Assembly (NCBI GenBank): GCA_963716565.1
Contig: OY970318.1
Span: 320,830 to 384,829 of the forward strand
Source: an uncultured Candidatus Saccharibacteria bacterium
GTDB taxonomy: Bacteria; Patescibacteriota; Saccharimonadia; Saccharimonadales; CAIOMD01
Direction of reading: 5' to 3'
Length of the DNA stretch: 64,000 nt
Shown: piece after piece, positions 9,059 to 17,855 of the stretch
Layout of the letters: every line of letters begins with the position of its first letter
Position numbering within the stretch: position 1 is the stretch's first letter
Notes under the pieces: generated by a model
What the model was told of the DNA's origin: nothing
Databases searched by the model: none
What the model saw: only the letters and a program-made list of their open reading frames with translations
Made by a program: the position numbers and the translations under genes

Positions 9059-9703
9059 CTACTTGTGGCGCGGTTTTTTGTTTTGCTTTCTGTATGGATA
9101 GTTAAGAAAAATAAGTTTAATAACACTGCCAACCATTAATCCAATACCCGCGCCGCCAATTATATCTAACGGAAAGTGTACTCCCACTACTAGGCGCGAA
9201 ACGCCAACCAATGCTACGGCTAACAGCAACAACCAGTAAATATGGCGGTCCTCTTTAGTAAACAATGCTAAAGCAACGGCCGTAATTAGAGCGGCATGGG
9301 CAGAAGGAAACCCAGCTACCATATCCCTGGATTCCATTAGATTAACATTACTTAATAAGTCGTATGGGCGCTCCCGAATTTCGGCCATTTTTATGGCATT
9401 CGCCGTAACCCAGGCTATAGAACCTGCCAAAAAAATCTGAAGAGTCCAATAGTACTTTTTTAGAAGCGATAGGACTGCACAGATGATCAGCAGGGCGTAG
9501 ATAGTGCCTAAATAAGATATCACCGCAAAGGGCAGCCTAATAGCAAAGGGTAAATCGTTGAAAGCTCTGAATATGCTAGTTTCTGTTGCAGAAGTTTGCC
9601 CGCCGGCAACAATGTACCAACTAACTAAACATAGGACCAAACCTACACCGAACAACACGAACAAGGCCTTGATTGTTACCTTAAGTTTAAATAGCTGTAA
9701 CAC
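9059..9703 (-). CDS. PAP2-family phosphatase (membrane)
   Basis: Motifs IRERP, PSAHAA and SRLVVGVHFPLD; multiple TM helices. Confidence 0.75.
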   Translation of the reverse strand: MLQLFKLKVTIKALFVLFGVGLVLCLVSWYIVAGGQTSATETSIFRAFNDLPFAIRLPFAVISYLGTIYALLIICAVLSLLKKYYWTLQIFLAGSIAWVTANAIKMAEIRERPYDLLSNVNLMESRDMVAGFPSAHAALITAVALALFTKEDRHIYWLLLLAVALVGVSRLVVGVHFPLDIIGGAGIGLMVGSVIKLIFLNYPYRKQNKKPRHK

Positions 9704-9706
9704 TAT

Positions 9707-10336
9707 TTAATTTTCTCTTTGTTTGTATAAAAGCACAAGCGCTTTTTCGTTAAAGTAAGGCTCGACAAAAAACTGGTTGATATCCCAACGCCTAACCGCT
9801 ACACCAACGGGCAACTCTTGGGCAATGTCGCCGCCCTTTAAATAAAGCAGGCCGTTGGGCAATTGGTTCGTACTGTTATCTTTAATTAACTTAGCCACCC
9901 AGCCCCACATTACATTTAGGCGGGTAACCGCCCTTGAAACTATAAAATCATATTGGCCGGTTAAATCTTCTACCCGGCCGCACTGAGTTGTGACATTTTT
10001 TAAACCTAGAGCCTCAACCACCGCATCAACGACTCTAATCTTTTTGGCAATAGAATCAGCCAATACAAACTTAGTTTGCGGGAACATAATGGCCAATGGT
10101 ATGCCAGGGAAACCGCCGCCAGTACCGGCATCTAGCACTGAATCGGCGGCGCTAAATTGCACGGCCTTAGCAATTACTAGGCTATGCAGTACGTGGTGAA
10201 GATATAAATTGTCTATGTCTCTTTTTGATATGACATTAATTTGGCAATTTAAGTTTTTGTACAAATCAAACAAAGATGCAAATTGTTGCAGCTGTTGCTG
10301 GGTTAAGTTGGGGAAGTATTTTTTAATTGAATCCAT
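9707..10336 (-). CDS. rsmG: 16S rRNA (guanine527-N7)-methyltransferase
   Basis: GidB-like sequence with SAM motif DAGTGGGFPGIPLAI. Confidence 0.85.
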   Translation of the reverse strand: MDSIKKYFPNLTQQQLQQFASLFDLYKNLNCQINVISKRDIDNLYLHHVLHSLVIAKAVQFSAADSVLDAGTGGGFPGIPLAIMFPQTKFVLADSIAKKIRVVDAVVEALGLKNVTTQCGRVEDLTGQYDFIVSRAVTRLNVMWGWVAKLIKDNSTNQLPNGLLYLKGGDIAQELPVGVAVRRWDINQFFVEPYFNEKALVLLYKQREN

Positions 10337-10371
10337 TTGTAATTAATAGTTTAGCGCTAAAATATACAAAT

Positions 10372-10992
10372 ATGGAATCTAGCAGCAAAAAATCAAAAAT
10401 TATACTGCTAATAGCCGGGTTGATTATTTTAGCGGCGGCCATCTGGGCGTTAGTCTATTTTGTACCCAAAATCAATTTGCCCCAAAACGTCAAAGACAGC
10501 GTAGCTGCACCTGGTTACTACAAGATCACAACTGTAGTTGATGGCGACACCATTGAAGTTAATATGGATGGCACCATTGAGCGCGTTAGGCTTATTGGCA
10601 TCGACACACCCGAAACTCAAGAACCCAACGCACCGGTAGAATGTTTTGGGGTGGCAGCTAGTAACTTTGCCCATCAGCTAATGGATGGCAAATCGGTTAG
10701 GCTGGAAGCTGATCCAATTAACACCAATCGCGATCGTTACGACCGGTTGCTGCGATATGCTTATCTACCCGATGGTACTTTTTATAATTCCGAAGTTATA
10801 AAACAGGGCTACGGTTTTGCCTATTTAAATTTTCCGTTTAGCAAGTCGGATGAATTCGCCCAGTACCAAACCGAGGCCCGCGATGCCAAGCGTGGCTTAT
10901 GGGCAGGCGAGTGCCAAATTCATGACCAAAACGGCCGTCTAAAAACCAACGATTTATCTTTATTGTTTGTTCAGCCATTGTCTATCGTTTAA
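10372..10992 (+). CDS. thermonuclease (SNase) homolog with N-terminal membrane anchor
   Basis: DGDTIEV...RVRLIGIDTPE...RYDRLLRY. I chose the ATG at 10372 to avoid overlap with the divergent rsmG. Confidence 0.8.
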   Translation: MESSSKKSKIILLIAGLIILAAAIWALVYFVPKINLPQNVKDSVAAPGYYKITTVVDGDTIEVNMDGTIERVRLIGIDTPETQEPNAPVECFGVAASNFAHQLMDGKSVRLEADPINTNRDRYDRLLRYAYLPDGTFYNSEVIKQGYGFAYLNFPFSKSDEFAQYQTEARDAKRGLWAGECQIHDQNGRLKTNDLSLLFVQPLSIV

Positions 10993-11044
10993 ATGGGAGT
11001 TATTATCAATCCAATATAAAATGAGGTTTTACAAAAATAGCTTT

Positions 11045-11341
11045 ATGAATAAAACTAAATTGGTCCGTCAAAATATTTTAGTGGCATTGATCGCCACGAT
11101 GATCACATCAGCTTCTCTGCATATTGCGATTATCACGATAAAATCTATTACAAATAAAAGTATCAGTTATCTAGACCCTATGGAATTCCTTGGCATTAAT
11201 CTGGTCATTCCAGATTATAAATATTCTTTTTGGTCATTTATGCTGGGCTGGTTAGCAATCTTATTAATATTTTTTGTAAGTTTATTAGTATTGTATCGTG
11301 TAAAGAATAGCCGCTCTCAAGAAAAATCTAAGTTGGCATAG
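11045..11341 (+). CDS. small membrane protein (hypothetical)
   Basis: Two hydrophobic helices; the start is uncertain (11021 or 11045). Confidence 0.35.
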   Translation: MNKTKLVRQNILVALIATMITSASLHIAIITIKSITNKSISYLDPMEFLGINLVIPDYKYSFWSFMLGWLAILLIFFVSLLVLYRVKNSRSQEKSKLA

Positions 11342-11346
11342 ATTAT

Positions 11347-12060
11347 CTAAGGTCGGCCTTTGCCAGTCCTTGGGGGTAACGGTCTATAGCGCCAAAAGGC
11401 GATGAGCCTAAAAGACTTCTTTAATAAGCTTTTTGTAATTGTCCCAAAAAAAACACCGACTTTTAGTTCCTCCATATAATGTACTCTCCCAGCCGTAGAG
11501 AATGCCAAAGCCATATCTAGATCCTCGTGTATCTTAGCATTATCGTCTTTGCCATATTTCCATAACAGCTCTAGCAAATCAGCTCTGAAAGCCATGCTAC
11601 AACCAAAAAATGGCTCGTAACCATATATCATTTTGGCCGGCAGAAAAAAGCTTAACCTATGCATTTTGGGGTGCAGGGCTTTTAGCGGTAGCCCAACTGA
11701 ATACAACGGCCCAGTACAGCCAATCGCAGATGGATTGTCTGAAAAAAAATTGGTCACTATATCAATCCAATCTGAACCCAGTACCGAATCCCCATCAAGC
11801 CTCGCTATTATTTCGCCGCTAACAGTTTTGTAGCCAGTATTCCTAGCAAAAATGATTCCTTGATTTTTTTCCTTAACAATCTTCACAGTCTTATACTGCT
11901 TCACGATTTCTATAGTCTTGTCTGTACAATTATTATCAACAACGATAATTTCGTAAGGTTTTTGCGTTTGGGCCATAAGAGAATCAAGACAAGCCCTTAT
12001 GCCTCTTTCTTCGTTATAGACGGGGATAACAACAGATACGCGTAGTTTATTTGCAACCAT
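11347..12060 (-). CDS. glycosyltransferase family 2
   Basis: VSVVIPVYNEE, DNNCTD and LDGDS motifs. Confidence 0.8.
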   Translation of the reverse strand: MVANKLRVSVVIPVYNEERGIRACLDSLMAQTQKPYEIIVVDNNCTDKTIEIVKQYKTVKIVKEKNQGIIFARNTGYKTVSGEIIARLDGDSVLGSDWIDIVTNFFSDNPSAIGCTGPLYSVGLPLKALHPKMHRLSFFLPAKMIYGYEPFFGCSMAFRADLLELLWKYGKDDNAKIHEDLDMALAFSTAGRVHYMEELKVGVFFGTITKSLLKKSFRLIAFWRYRPLPPRTGKGRP

Positions 12061-12128
12061 TTTTACCTCTAGGGGTCATTTTACCACGAACTAATGTATA
12101 CTAGTGTTATTCAGAGCATAAGCATGAT

Positions 12129-13304
12129 ATGAAAGATTCAAAGAAACAATCTAAAATTGCGGTAAAATCGTCTGAAAAATTTGGCAGAAATATCCTAAAA
12201 AATCTAAGACCTCGCAGCAATAAGAGACAAGAAGCAAGAGAGGCTAAGAAATTCCGCCACTGGTGGCAACACCGGCGGCGCTGGCAAAAAGTTCTGCTTA
12301 TACTGGCAATCCTAACCAGTCTATTTTTTATGCAGGCCTACGCGATTGCTTATTGGTATCAGCAAAAACATAAAAATGAACCGCTGAACTACGGCGTGAC
12401 CTTTATCACAACTTACGCAGAATATTTAGGGTTAAATCCGCAAGAAACGTTTTTGGCTCTTAGGGACGACTTAGGTTTTACGCACTTTAGGCTGGTAAGT
12501 TACTGGAACAAAATAGAGACTTCTCCTGGTGTTTATGATTTTAGCGATTTAGATTGGCTTTTTGATCGAATTGAAGAAGTAAACGGCAAGGTATCGCTTT
12601 CGGTTGGCTTAAGACAGCCCCGCTGGCCAGAATGCCATGCGCCAGACTGGATGCACAATAAAAGTTTAGACGAATGGTATCCGGGGCTAAAAAATATTAT
12701 GTCGGCTGTTGTTAATCGCTACAAAGACCGCCCAGCCTTACAGAGTTACCAGCTAGAAAACGAGTATTTTTTAGGCGTATTTGGTGATTGCAAAGAGTTT
12801 GCTACTACTCGCGAGCGGTTAGTAGAAGAATTTAATTTGGTCAAGTCACTCGACCCCAGCCATCCAGTTATACTAAGCCTTGCTAACAACTACTTTGGCA
12901 TCCCAATTGGCGAACCGCGCCCCGATATATACGGTATTTCAATTTACAAACGAGTTTTTGACTACACTATTACACACCGCTATTTTGAGTATCCATTCCC
13001 AGCTTGGTATTACAGCTGGCGTTCCGGATTAATGGAAATCATCACCGGTAAAAGCTCCATGGCCCACGAGTTGCAGGCCGAACCTTGGGCGCCAACGCCA
13101 CTAGTTGATACCAGCCTAGAAGAGCAAAATAAATCGATGGACCCTAATCGGCTAGCAGACCGCATTAAATACGCCCGCGACACCGGCTATAAAGACATCT
13201 ATTTGTGGGGCGGAGAATGGTGGTATTGGCGCAAGGTTCATTTTAACGACCCTAGCCTGTGGGAAACCGTAAAATCCGAAATGACCGAAATTGGCCAACT
13301 ATAG
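12129..13304 (+). CDS. membrane-anchored TIM-barrel glycoside hydrolase (clan GH-A like)
   Basis: N-terminal TM helix. YQLENEYF is a candidate acid/base NE motif. The GH family is not resolved. Confidence 0.55.
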   Translation: MKDSKKQSKIAVKSSEKFGRNILKNLRPRSNKRQEAREAKKFRHWWQHRRRWQKVLLILAILTSLFFMQAYAIAYWYQQKHKNEPLNYGVTFITTYAEYLGLNPQETFLALRDDLGFTHFRLVSYWNKIETSPGVYDFSDLDWLFDRIEEVNGKVSLSVGLRQPRWPECHAPDWMHNKSLDEWYPGLKNIMSAVVNRYKDRPALQSYQLENEYFLGVFGDCKEFATTRERLVEEFNLVKSLDPSHPVILSLANNYFGIPIGEPRPDIYGISIYKRVFDYTITHRYFEYPFPAWYYSWRSGLMEIITGKSSMAHELQAEPWAPTPLVDTSLEEQNKSMDPNRLADRIKYARDTGYKDIYLWGGEWWYWRKVHFNDPSLWETVKSEMTEIGQL

Positions 13305-13460
13305 CCATCCCAAAACAAAATGGCCATATTTGAGACAGATAATCATGAGATCAAAATATCTGTTCTTCTGCCAAAGCATATCCGTAGATATGTTGCGAAA
13401 GAAAACAGTTATTTTGGGCCATGAGGGCGGTATCAAAACGGCCATTTTGTTTTGGGATGG
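13305..13460. repeat. 156-bp element bounded by perfect 21-bp inverted repeats (MITE-like or long-stem structured RNA)
   Basis: CCATCCCAAAACAAAATGGCC (13305-13325) is the exact reverse complement of GGCCATTTTGTTTTGGGATGG (13440-13460). Internal hairpins ACAGATA/TATCTGT and CATATC/GATATG are also present. Confidence 0.7.
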
Positions 13461-13510
13461 ATATATAACAGTGATTACCTTGTTTTGTAGAAGTAAAGTA
13501 CAATTAAACT

Positions 13511-13966
13511 ATGAAAAAGCGAGCCGTTACTGGGCAAATAGCCAATCGTAAAGCCCGGCATGATTATGCTATTAAACAAACATATGAAGCCGGTATGGTT
13601 TTGAGTGGGCCGGAAGTTAAATCACTTAGGCTAGGCAGGGGTAATTTAACTGGCGCATTTGTGACTATAAAAGACGGCGAGCTATGGCTAAACAATGCCA
13701 CCATTAATCCAGCCGTAACCAACCAAGCCAGCTTTAGCGAAGACACTAAAACTCAAGCGCGAAAGCTTTTAGTAAAAGCCAAAGAGCTAAAAGAGCTAGC
13801 CGAAGCTAAAGAACAAGGGCTCACTATAATTCCCTTAAAAATCTTAACCAAAAAACGTTTTATTAAAATCGAGATTGCTACCGCCAGAGGTCTAAAAAAG
13901 TATGACAAGCGCGAAGTTATAAAGCAGCGCGACACCACCCGCGACCTAAACCGCGAAATGCGCTGA
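13511..13966 (+). CDS. smpB: SsrA-binding protein
   Basis: Typical SmpB sequence: NRKARHDYAI, GxEVKSLR, C-terminal basic tail. Confidence 0.9.
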   Translation: MKKRAVTGQIANRKARHDYAIKQTYEAGMVLSGPEVKSLRLGRGNLTGAFVTIKDGELWLNNATINPAVTNQASFSEDTKTQARKLLVKAKELKELAEAKEQGLTIIPLKILTKKRFIKIEIATARGLKKYDKREVIKQRDTTRDLNREMR

Positions 13967-14008
13967 ATCTCTTAATATTTGTGCCGATGTCACTCTTAAA
14001 AAGTGATA

Positions 14009-14035
14009 CGCCCTGGGCTGCTAGAGCCCAGGGCG
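14009..14035. terminator. GC-rich hairpin between convergent smpB and the islet gene
   Basis: 11-bp stem, CGCCCTGGGCT / AGCCCAGGGCG, with loop GCTAG. A second hairpin, GTCTCG/CGAGAC, lies at 14042-14058. Confidence 0.45.
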
Positions 14036-14103
14036 CGTAAAGTCTCGTTTTGCGAGACAAGGGTCAAAGAAACAAAAAGCTCCAAGACCCTAAGGAACAG
14101 GTG

Positions 14104-14775
14104 CTACTGCTTGCTGGAACCTAGCCAAAGATAACCGCCAAGACTTACTTGTGTCGAGACTAGGCTCAGTGTGCGCTCGCACAAGTTGGCATAGACTGTG
14201 CACTCGCTATTGTCTGCGCCAAGAAAACGAACGCCAAGGGCATGGATAGTATCTATGCCATATCCCATCAGCTCATCTTCGTGGCCGACTACCAGGTTGT
14301 ACAGATCTTCGAGATCAAAGTCCAGCGCCGAGACACCGACACCGTCTACGATCTTGTCAACAAACCACACCTGGTCACGCAGCACAAGCCTTCGAACTTC
14401 TACCGACCGCCTGGCGTCGTCGACGACACTAGACTTGCCACGAACGGGCAGACGAGTACCTGCTCGGATGATCTCAAGGCAAGTCCAACCATCAGCCATG
14501 AAAGCGGCAATGACCTGTTCATCTGACAGGTTGTGCCCCACCGCCACAAGACCATACGAAGCGTCATCGTTCTTAGATAGGCTATAGCGGTTAGGGTTGA
14601 TTTTGCCAGATAGCAGCTTGTGACCGTAGTCTACCCACGTCGGGACGAGATTGGGCCTCTTCTTGAATCCTTCGACAAGCTCGTAAGAGTTGCCTCCACT
14701 ACGCGCTAGAATGCTCAAGAATTCGGCCAGATCTCCAAACTCAGATTTGTAGAGGCTTGCCATTGCTGACCCCAC
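14104..14775 (-). CDS. hypothetical protein in a second GC-enriched islet
   Basis: 223-aa ORF (GTG at 14775, or ATG at 14763). My hand count gives about 57% G/C at third positions, above the about 45% sampled in a neighbouring gene. The plus-strand ORFs inside it look like shadows. Confidence 0.6.
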   Translation of the reverse strand: MGSAMASLYKSEFGDLAEFLSILARSGGNSYELVEGFKKRPNLVPTWVDYGHKLLSGKINPNRYSLSKNDDASYGLVAVGHNLSDEQVIAAFMADGWTCLEIIRAGTRLPVRGKSSVVDDARRSVEVRRLVLRDQVWFVDKIVDGVGVSALDFDLEDLYNLVVGHEDELMGYGIDTIHALGVRFLGADNSECTVYANLCERTLSLVSTQVSLGGYLWLGSSKQ

Positions 14776-14790
14776 TTTCTAATCGCCGCC

Positions 14791-14837
14791 GGCTGACCTG
14801 TTGTTCCAGAAATAGTCTGGCAGGCTGACCTGTTGTT
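14791..14837. repeat. two exact 15-bp direct repeats GGCTGACCTGTTGTT, 32 bp apart
   Basis: Copies at 14791-14805 and 14823-14837, in the upstream region of the islet gene. Confidence 0.7.
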
Positions 14838-15028
14838 GAAAACGGCGCATTGCAACTAATCGTTTTAGTTACAAAGCGCCGCCTTCAATTTAAAAACACC
14901 TGTTCCAAATTAATAAGGTACTATACGCCGACTATTATACAATACCGGCTTGTTTTGTCAATTTCTGCCAATCACGTACAAATATTTTATACTCTATACG
15001 TACTACGTAGTACGTTATACTTGGATTA

Positions 15029-15826
15029 GTGAAACTCTATTCGTGGAACGTCAACGGGTTGAGGGCGGTGGTAAAAAAGGGGGCTTTTGAGGAGTTTATT
15101 AAAACCCATAAGCCCGACATTTTAGGCTTGCAAGAAACTCGTGCTGTTCAGGGCCAAGCCGAAATTGATTTGCCCGAGTACCAAGAATACTGGAATAGTG
15201 CCAGTAAAAAAGGTTATAGTGGCACGGCTATTTTTACCAAAATCAAACCGCTGTCGGTAGCTTACGATTTACCCGAAGAAATCATTAAAAAATATAGTAT
15301 TGTCGATGACGGCTATGGCGACCCAATTGCTGAAGGGCGGATAACTACTGCCGAATTTAGAGATTTCTATTACGTATCGGTTTATACACCTAACAGCAAA
15401 GAAGATCTATCCCGCCTAAAATTGCGCCACGAGGTTTGGGACCCGGCCTTTTTAGAATACTGCCAGAATTTAGAAAAACTCAAACCCGTAATTATTAGCG
15501 GCGATTTTAATGTGGCCCATACCGAAGATGACTTAGCTAACCCCAAACCCAATGTTGGCAAACATGGCTTTACCAAAGAAGAGCGGACTGGTTTTGATAA
15601 GTTTATCGACGCCGGTTTTATTGATACATTCCGCTTATTCACTAAAGGCAATGGCCATTACAGTTGGTGGAGCCACTGGGCTAATGCCAGGGAACGTAAT
15701 GTTGGTTGGCGCATAGATTACTTTTTGGCATCTAAAACTTTAAAGAATACTATTAAATCCGCCAAAATCCACTCTGAGATAATGGGCTCCGACCACTGCC
15801 CAATAAGCATCGAGGTAAAGCTATGA
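15029..15826 (+). CDS. xth: exodeoxyribonuclease III
   Basis: Begins LYSWNVNG and ends SDHCPI; GTG start. Confidence 0.85.
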   Translation: MKLYSWNVNGLRAVVKKGAFEEFIKTHKPDILGLQETRAVQGQAEIDLPEYQEYWNSASKKGYSGTAIFTKIKPLSVAYDLPEEIIKKYSIVDDGYGDPIAEGRITTAEFRDFYYVSVYTPNSKEDLSRLKLRHEVWDPAFLEYCQNLEKLKPVIISGDFNVAHTEDDLANPKPNVGKHGFTKEERTGFDKFIDAGFIDTFRLFTKGNGHYSWWSHWANARERNVGWRIDYFLASKTLKNTIKSAKIHSEIMGSDHCPISIEVKL

Positions 15827-16308
15827 ATAAAATCATTGAACAAACTTTAGTGCTTTTTAGAAGAGACAATCAGATTTTGCTTTGCATGGACAAAGGCAAA
15901 GAGCAAATGGGAGGGGGCAAATACAACGGACCCGGTGGCCATGTTGAACCGACAGATGAAAGCATAGAAGCGAGTGCTACCCGCGAATGCCAAGAAGAAG
16001 TTAACAGCACCCCCCAAGAGCTAGCCTACGTTGCAGAAGTCAACTACATCAGACCACACAGCAAAGAAATCGGCCACATAGTAATGCATGTTTTATCTTG
16101 CACAAAATGGGAAGGCGAGCCAGAAGAAACCGACACTATGGTCCCCAAGTGGTTTGATGAAAATAAAATGCCCTACAAGCAAATGTGGGAGTCTGATAAA
16201 CGCTGGATGCGAAGAACATTGGGTGGTGAAGTATTACGATGGACGATTTACTATGACAAAAACGACCACGTAACTAGCTGCGAAGCGGAGCCACTTAAAA
16301 TATCATGA
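15823..16308 (+). CDS. NUDIX hydrolase (MutT-like)
   Basis: Nudix box GPGGHVEPTDESIEASATRECQEEVN. Its start overlaps the xth stop by 4 nt. Confidence 0.8.
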   Translation: MNKIIEQTLVLFRRDNQILLCMDKGKEQMGGGKYNGPGGHVEPTDESIEASATRECQEEVNSTPQELAYVAEVNYIRPHSKEIGHIVMHVLSCTKWEGEPEETDTMVPKWFDENKMPYKQMWESDKRWMRRTLGGEVLRWTIYYDKNDHVTSCEAEPLKIS

Positions 16309-16778
16309 AAGAAATGGTTGCCAATTTAGTATTCTTAGTCAAAGACAAGCAAATTTTGCTGGCTATGAAAAAACGTGGTTTTGGCGAAGGTAAGCTTAAT
16401 GGTGTCGGCGGCAAAGTAGAGCCAGGCGAATCAATTAAAGAGTCGGCGATTCGCGAAGCCCAAGAAGAAATAGGCGTTACAATTACCGATTGCGAACAGG
16501 TAGCTGAGCTGCTTTTTGATGAGTTCTTTAAGGGTGAGCCAGCACTTGTACGAGTACATGTTTTTATCGCCAGCGAGTGGCAAGGCGAGCCGAGCGAATC
16601 TGAAGAAATGAAACCAGAATGGTTCGATATTGATAATTTGCCACTCGATAAGATGTGGAGAGACGACCCATGTTGGCTGCCAAAAGTTTTGCAGGGCAAA
16701 AAGTTGGTCGCCAAGTTCAAGTTAGACCCAAATGACGAAATAATTTCGCACGAGATAAATATAGTTAGGAGCTTCTAA
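16305..16778 (+). CDS. NUDIX hydrolase (MutT-like), tandem paralog
   Basis: Nudix box GVGGKVEPGESIKESAIREAQEEIG. Its start overlaps the previous stop by 4 nt. Confidence 0.8.
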   Translation: MKEMVANLVFLVKDKQILLAMKKRGFGEGKLNGVGGKVEPGESIKESAIREAQEEIGVTITDCEQVAELLFDEFFKGEPALVRVHVFIASEWQGEPSESEEMKPEWFDIDNLPLDKMWRDDPCWLPKVLQGKKLVAKFKLDPNDEIISHEINIVRSF

Positions 16779-16782
16779 GAAA

Positions 16783-17568
16783 ATGGATGACTACTGGCAA
16801 AAGCAAAGCAAAGACAAACCGCTATTTGAAGATTTGATCTGGTCAAAGCCTCAACAAAAAGCGCTTGGCGGCAAACTGTTAATAATTGGTGGCAACTTAC
16901 ACGCTGTTACAGCACCAGGTACGGCTTTTGATATTGCCAACAAGCAGGGAATTGGCGAAGTAAAAGTATTATTACCAGACGCCACCAAAAAGTTTTTTGG
17001 CACAAAAGCGCCAGCCGAGATTTTATTTGCCCGTTCCACGCCCAGCGGTAGTTTTAGCACCCAAGCTACAAACGAAGTGCAAAGTTATTTACAGTGGGCT
17101 GACGGCGTTTTGCTAGCTGGCAATTTTGGCAGTAATAGCGAAACCGAAGCTTTACTAGAAAAAATTGCCACTACCGACAAATTAAAAGTATTAGCTGGTG
17201 ATGCCATAGACAATTTGGTTCAGGTACCCGAAGTACTTTTGCAAAATTCTTACAGTGCTTTGGTATTAGACATCCATCAATTACAAAAACTGGTCGTAGC
17301 CATAAAGTACCCCAGAGCCGTAAAGTCAGACATGGCCTTGATGCAACTGGTAGAATTTTTGCACGACTTTGGCAAAATCTTCCCAACGCATTTAGTTCTA
17401 CAACATCAAGATGAAGTTATTATTAGCAGTAGCGGCCAAATTGTAAGCACTAAAGTTGAGGCAGGGAATGACTGGCCAACTGCCTACGCTACCACAGCCG
17501 CTATCTGGTGGTTGCAAAACCCCACCAAACCATTACAAGCCCTAGCTACAGCCATTACGCAACTTTGA
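16783..17568 (+). CDS. YjeF-C / carbohydrate-kinase-like protein; catalytic motif not evident
   Basis: The GKLLIIGG...AP..A...G.G.V.VLLP pattern, VLAGDAIDNL and LVLQHQDEVII resemble NAD(P)HX dehydratase. TAYATTAA stands where GGxGD is expected. Confidence 0.4.
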   Translation: MDDYWQKQSKDKPLFEDLIWSKPQQKALGGKLLIIGGNLHAVTAPGTAFDIANKQGIGEVKVLLPDATKKFFGTKAPAEILFARSTPSGSFSTQATNEVQSYLQWADGVLLAGNFGSNSETEALLEKIATTDKLKVLAGDAIDNLVQVPEVLLQNSYSALVLDIHQLQKLVVAIKYPRAVKSDMALMQLVEFLHDFGKIFPTHLVLQHQDEVIISSSGQIVSTKVEAGNDWPTAYATTAAIWWLQNPTKPLQALATAITQL

Positions 17569-17584
17569 CAGCACCGTTAAACCA

Positions 17585-17621
17585 AAATTTTAAACCAGTA
17601 GCTTTGCTACGTTTGAAATTT
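17585..17621 (+). terminator. long hairpin after the preceding gene
   Basis: AAATTTTAAAC/GTTTGAAATTT (one GU pair) encloses GTAGC-TTT-GCTAC. Confidence 0.45.
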
Positions 17622-17644
17622 TGAAAGGCAGAATTGCGAGAAGC

Positions 17645-17670
17645 AAAAACCTGCAGATTACATCTGCAGG
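17645..17670 (-). terminator. intrinsic terminator downstream of tRNA-Leu
   Basis: Minus strand reads CCTGCAGAT-GTA-ATCTGCAGG followed by TTTTTG. Confidence 0.6.
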
Positions 17671-17695
17671 TGATAGCTGACAGCAAATTCTGACG

Positions 17696-17781
17696 TGGTG
17701 GGCAAGGAGGGACTTGAACCCTCATGTTGTTGCCAACACTGGATTTTGAGTCCAGCGCGTCTACCATTCCGCCACTCGCCC
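17696..17781 (-). tRNA. tRNA-Leu (anticodon CAA), encoded CCA
   Basis: Hand-folded cloverleaf. Acceptor GGGCGAG/CTTGCCC, anticodon arm CTGGA-CTCAAAA-TCCAG, long variable arm, T-arm GAGGG-TTCAAGT-CCCTC. Confidence 0.9.
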
Positions 17782-17855
17782 AAATTAAAGAGTAAAGCAG
17801 GGGATATTGTACTATAATTATGCTTAGGGTTAAATAGATATCTCTGTAATATAAC

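Noticed and set aside
13291-13551. 86-aa ORF between the glycosidase gene and smpB
   Set aside because: It runs straight through the 21-bp inverted-repeat element and into smpB. It has no RBS, so it is probably fortuitous.
13967-14103. tmRNA (ssrA) expected next to smpB
   Set aside because: There is no tRNA-like 3' end (T-arm plus ACCA-type terminus), no GGGG 5' start and no tag reading frame. The hairpins here look like terminators.
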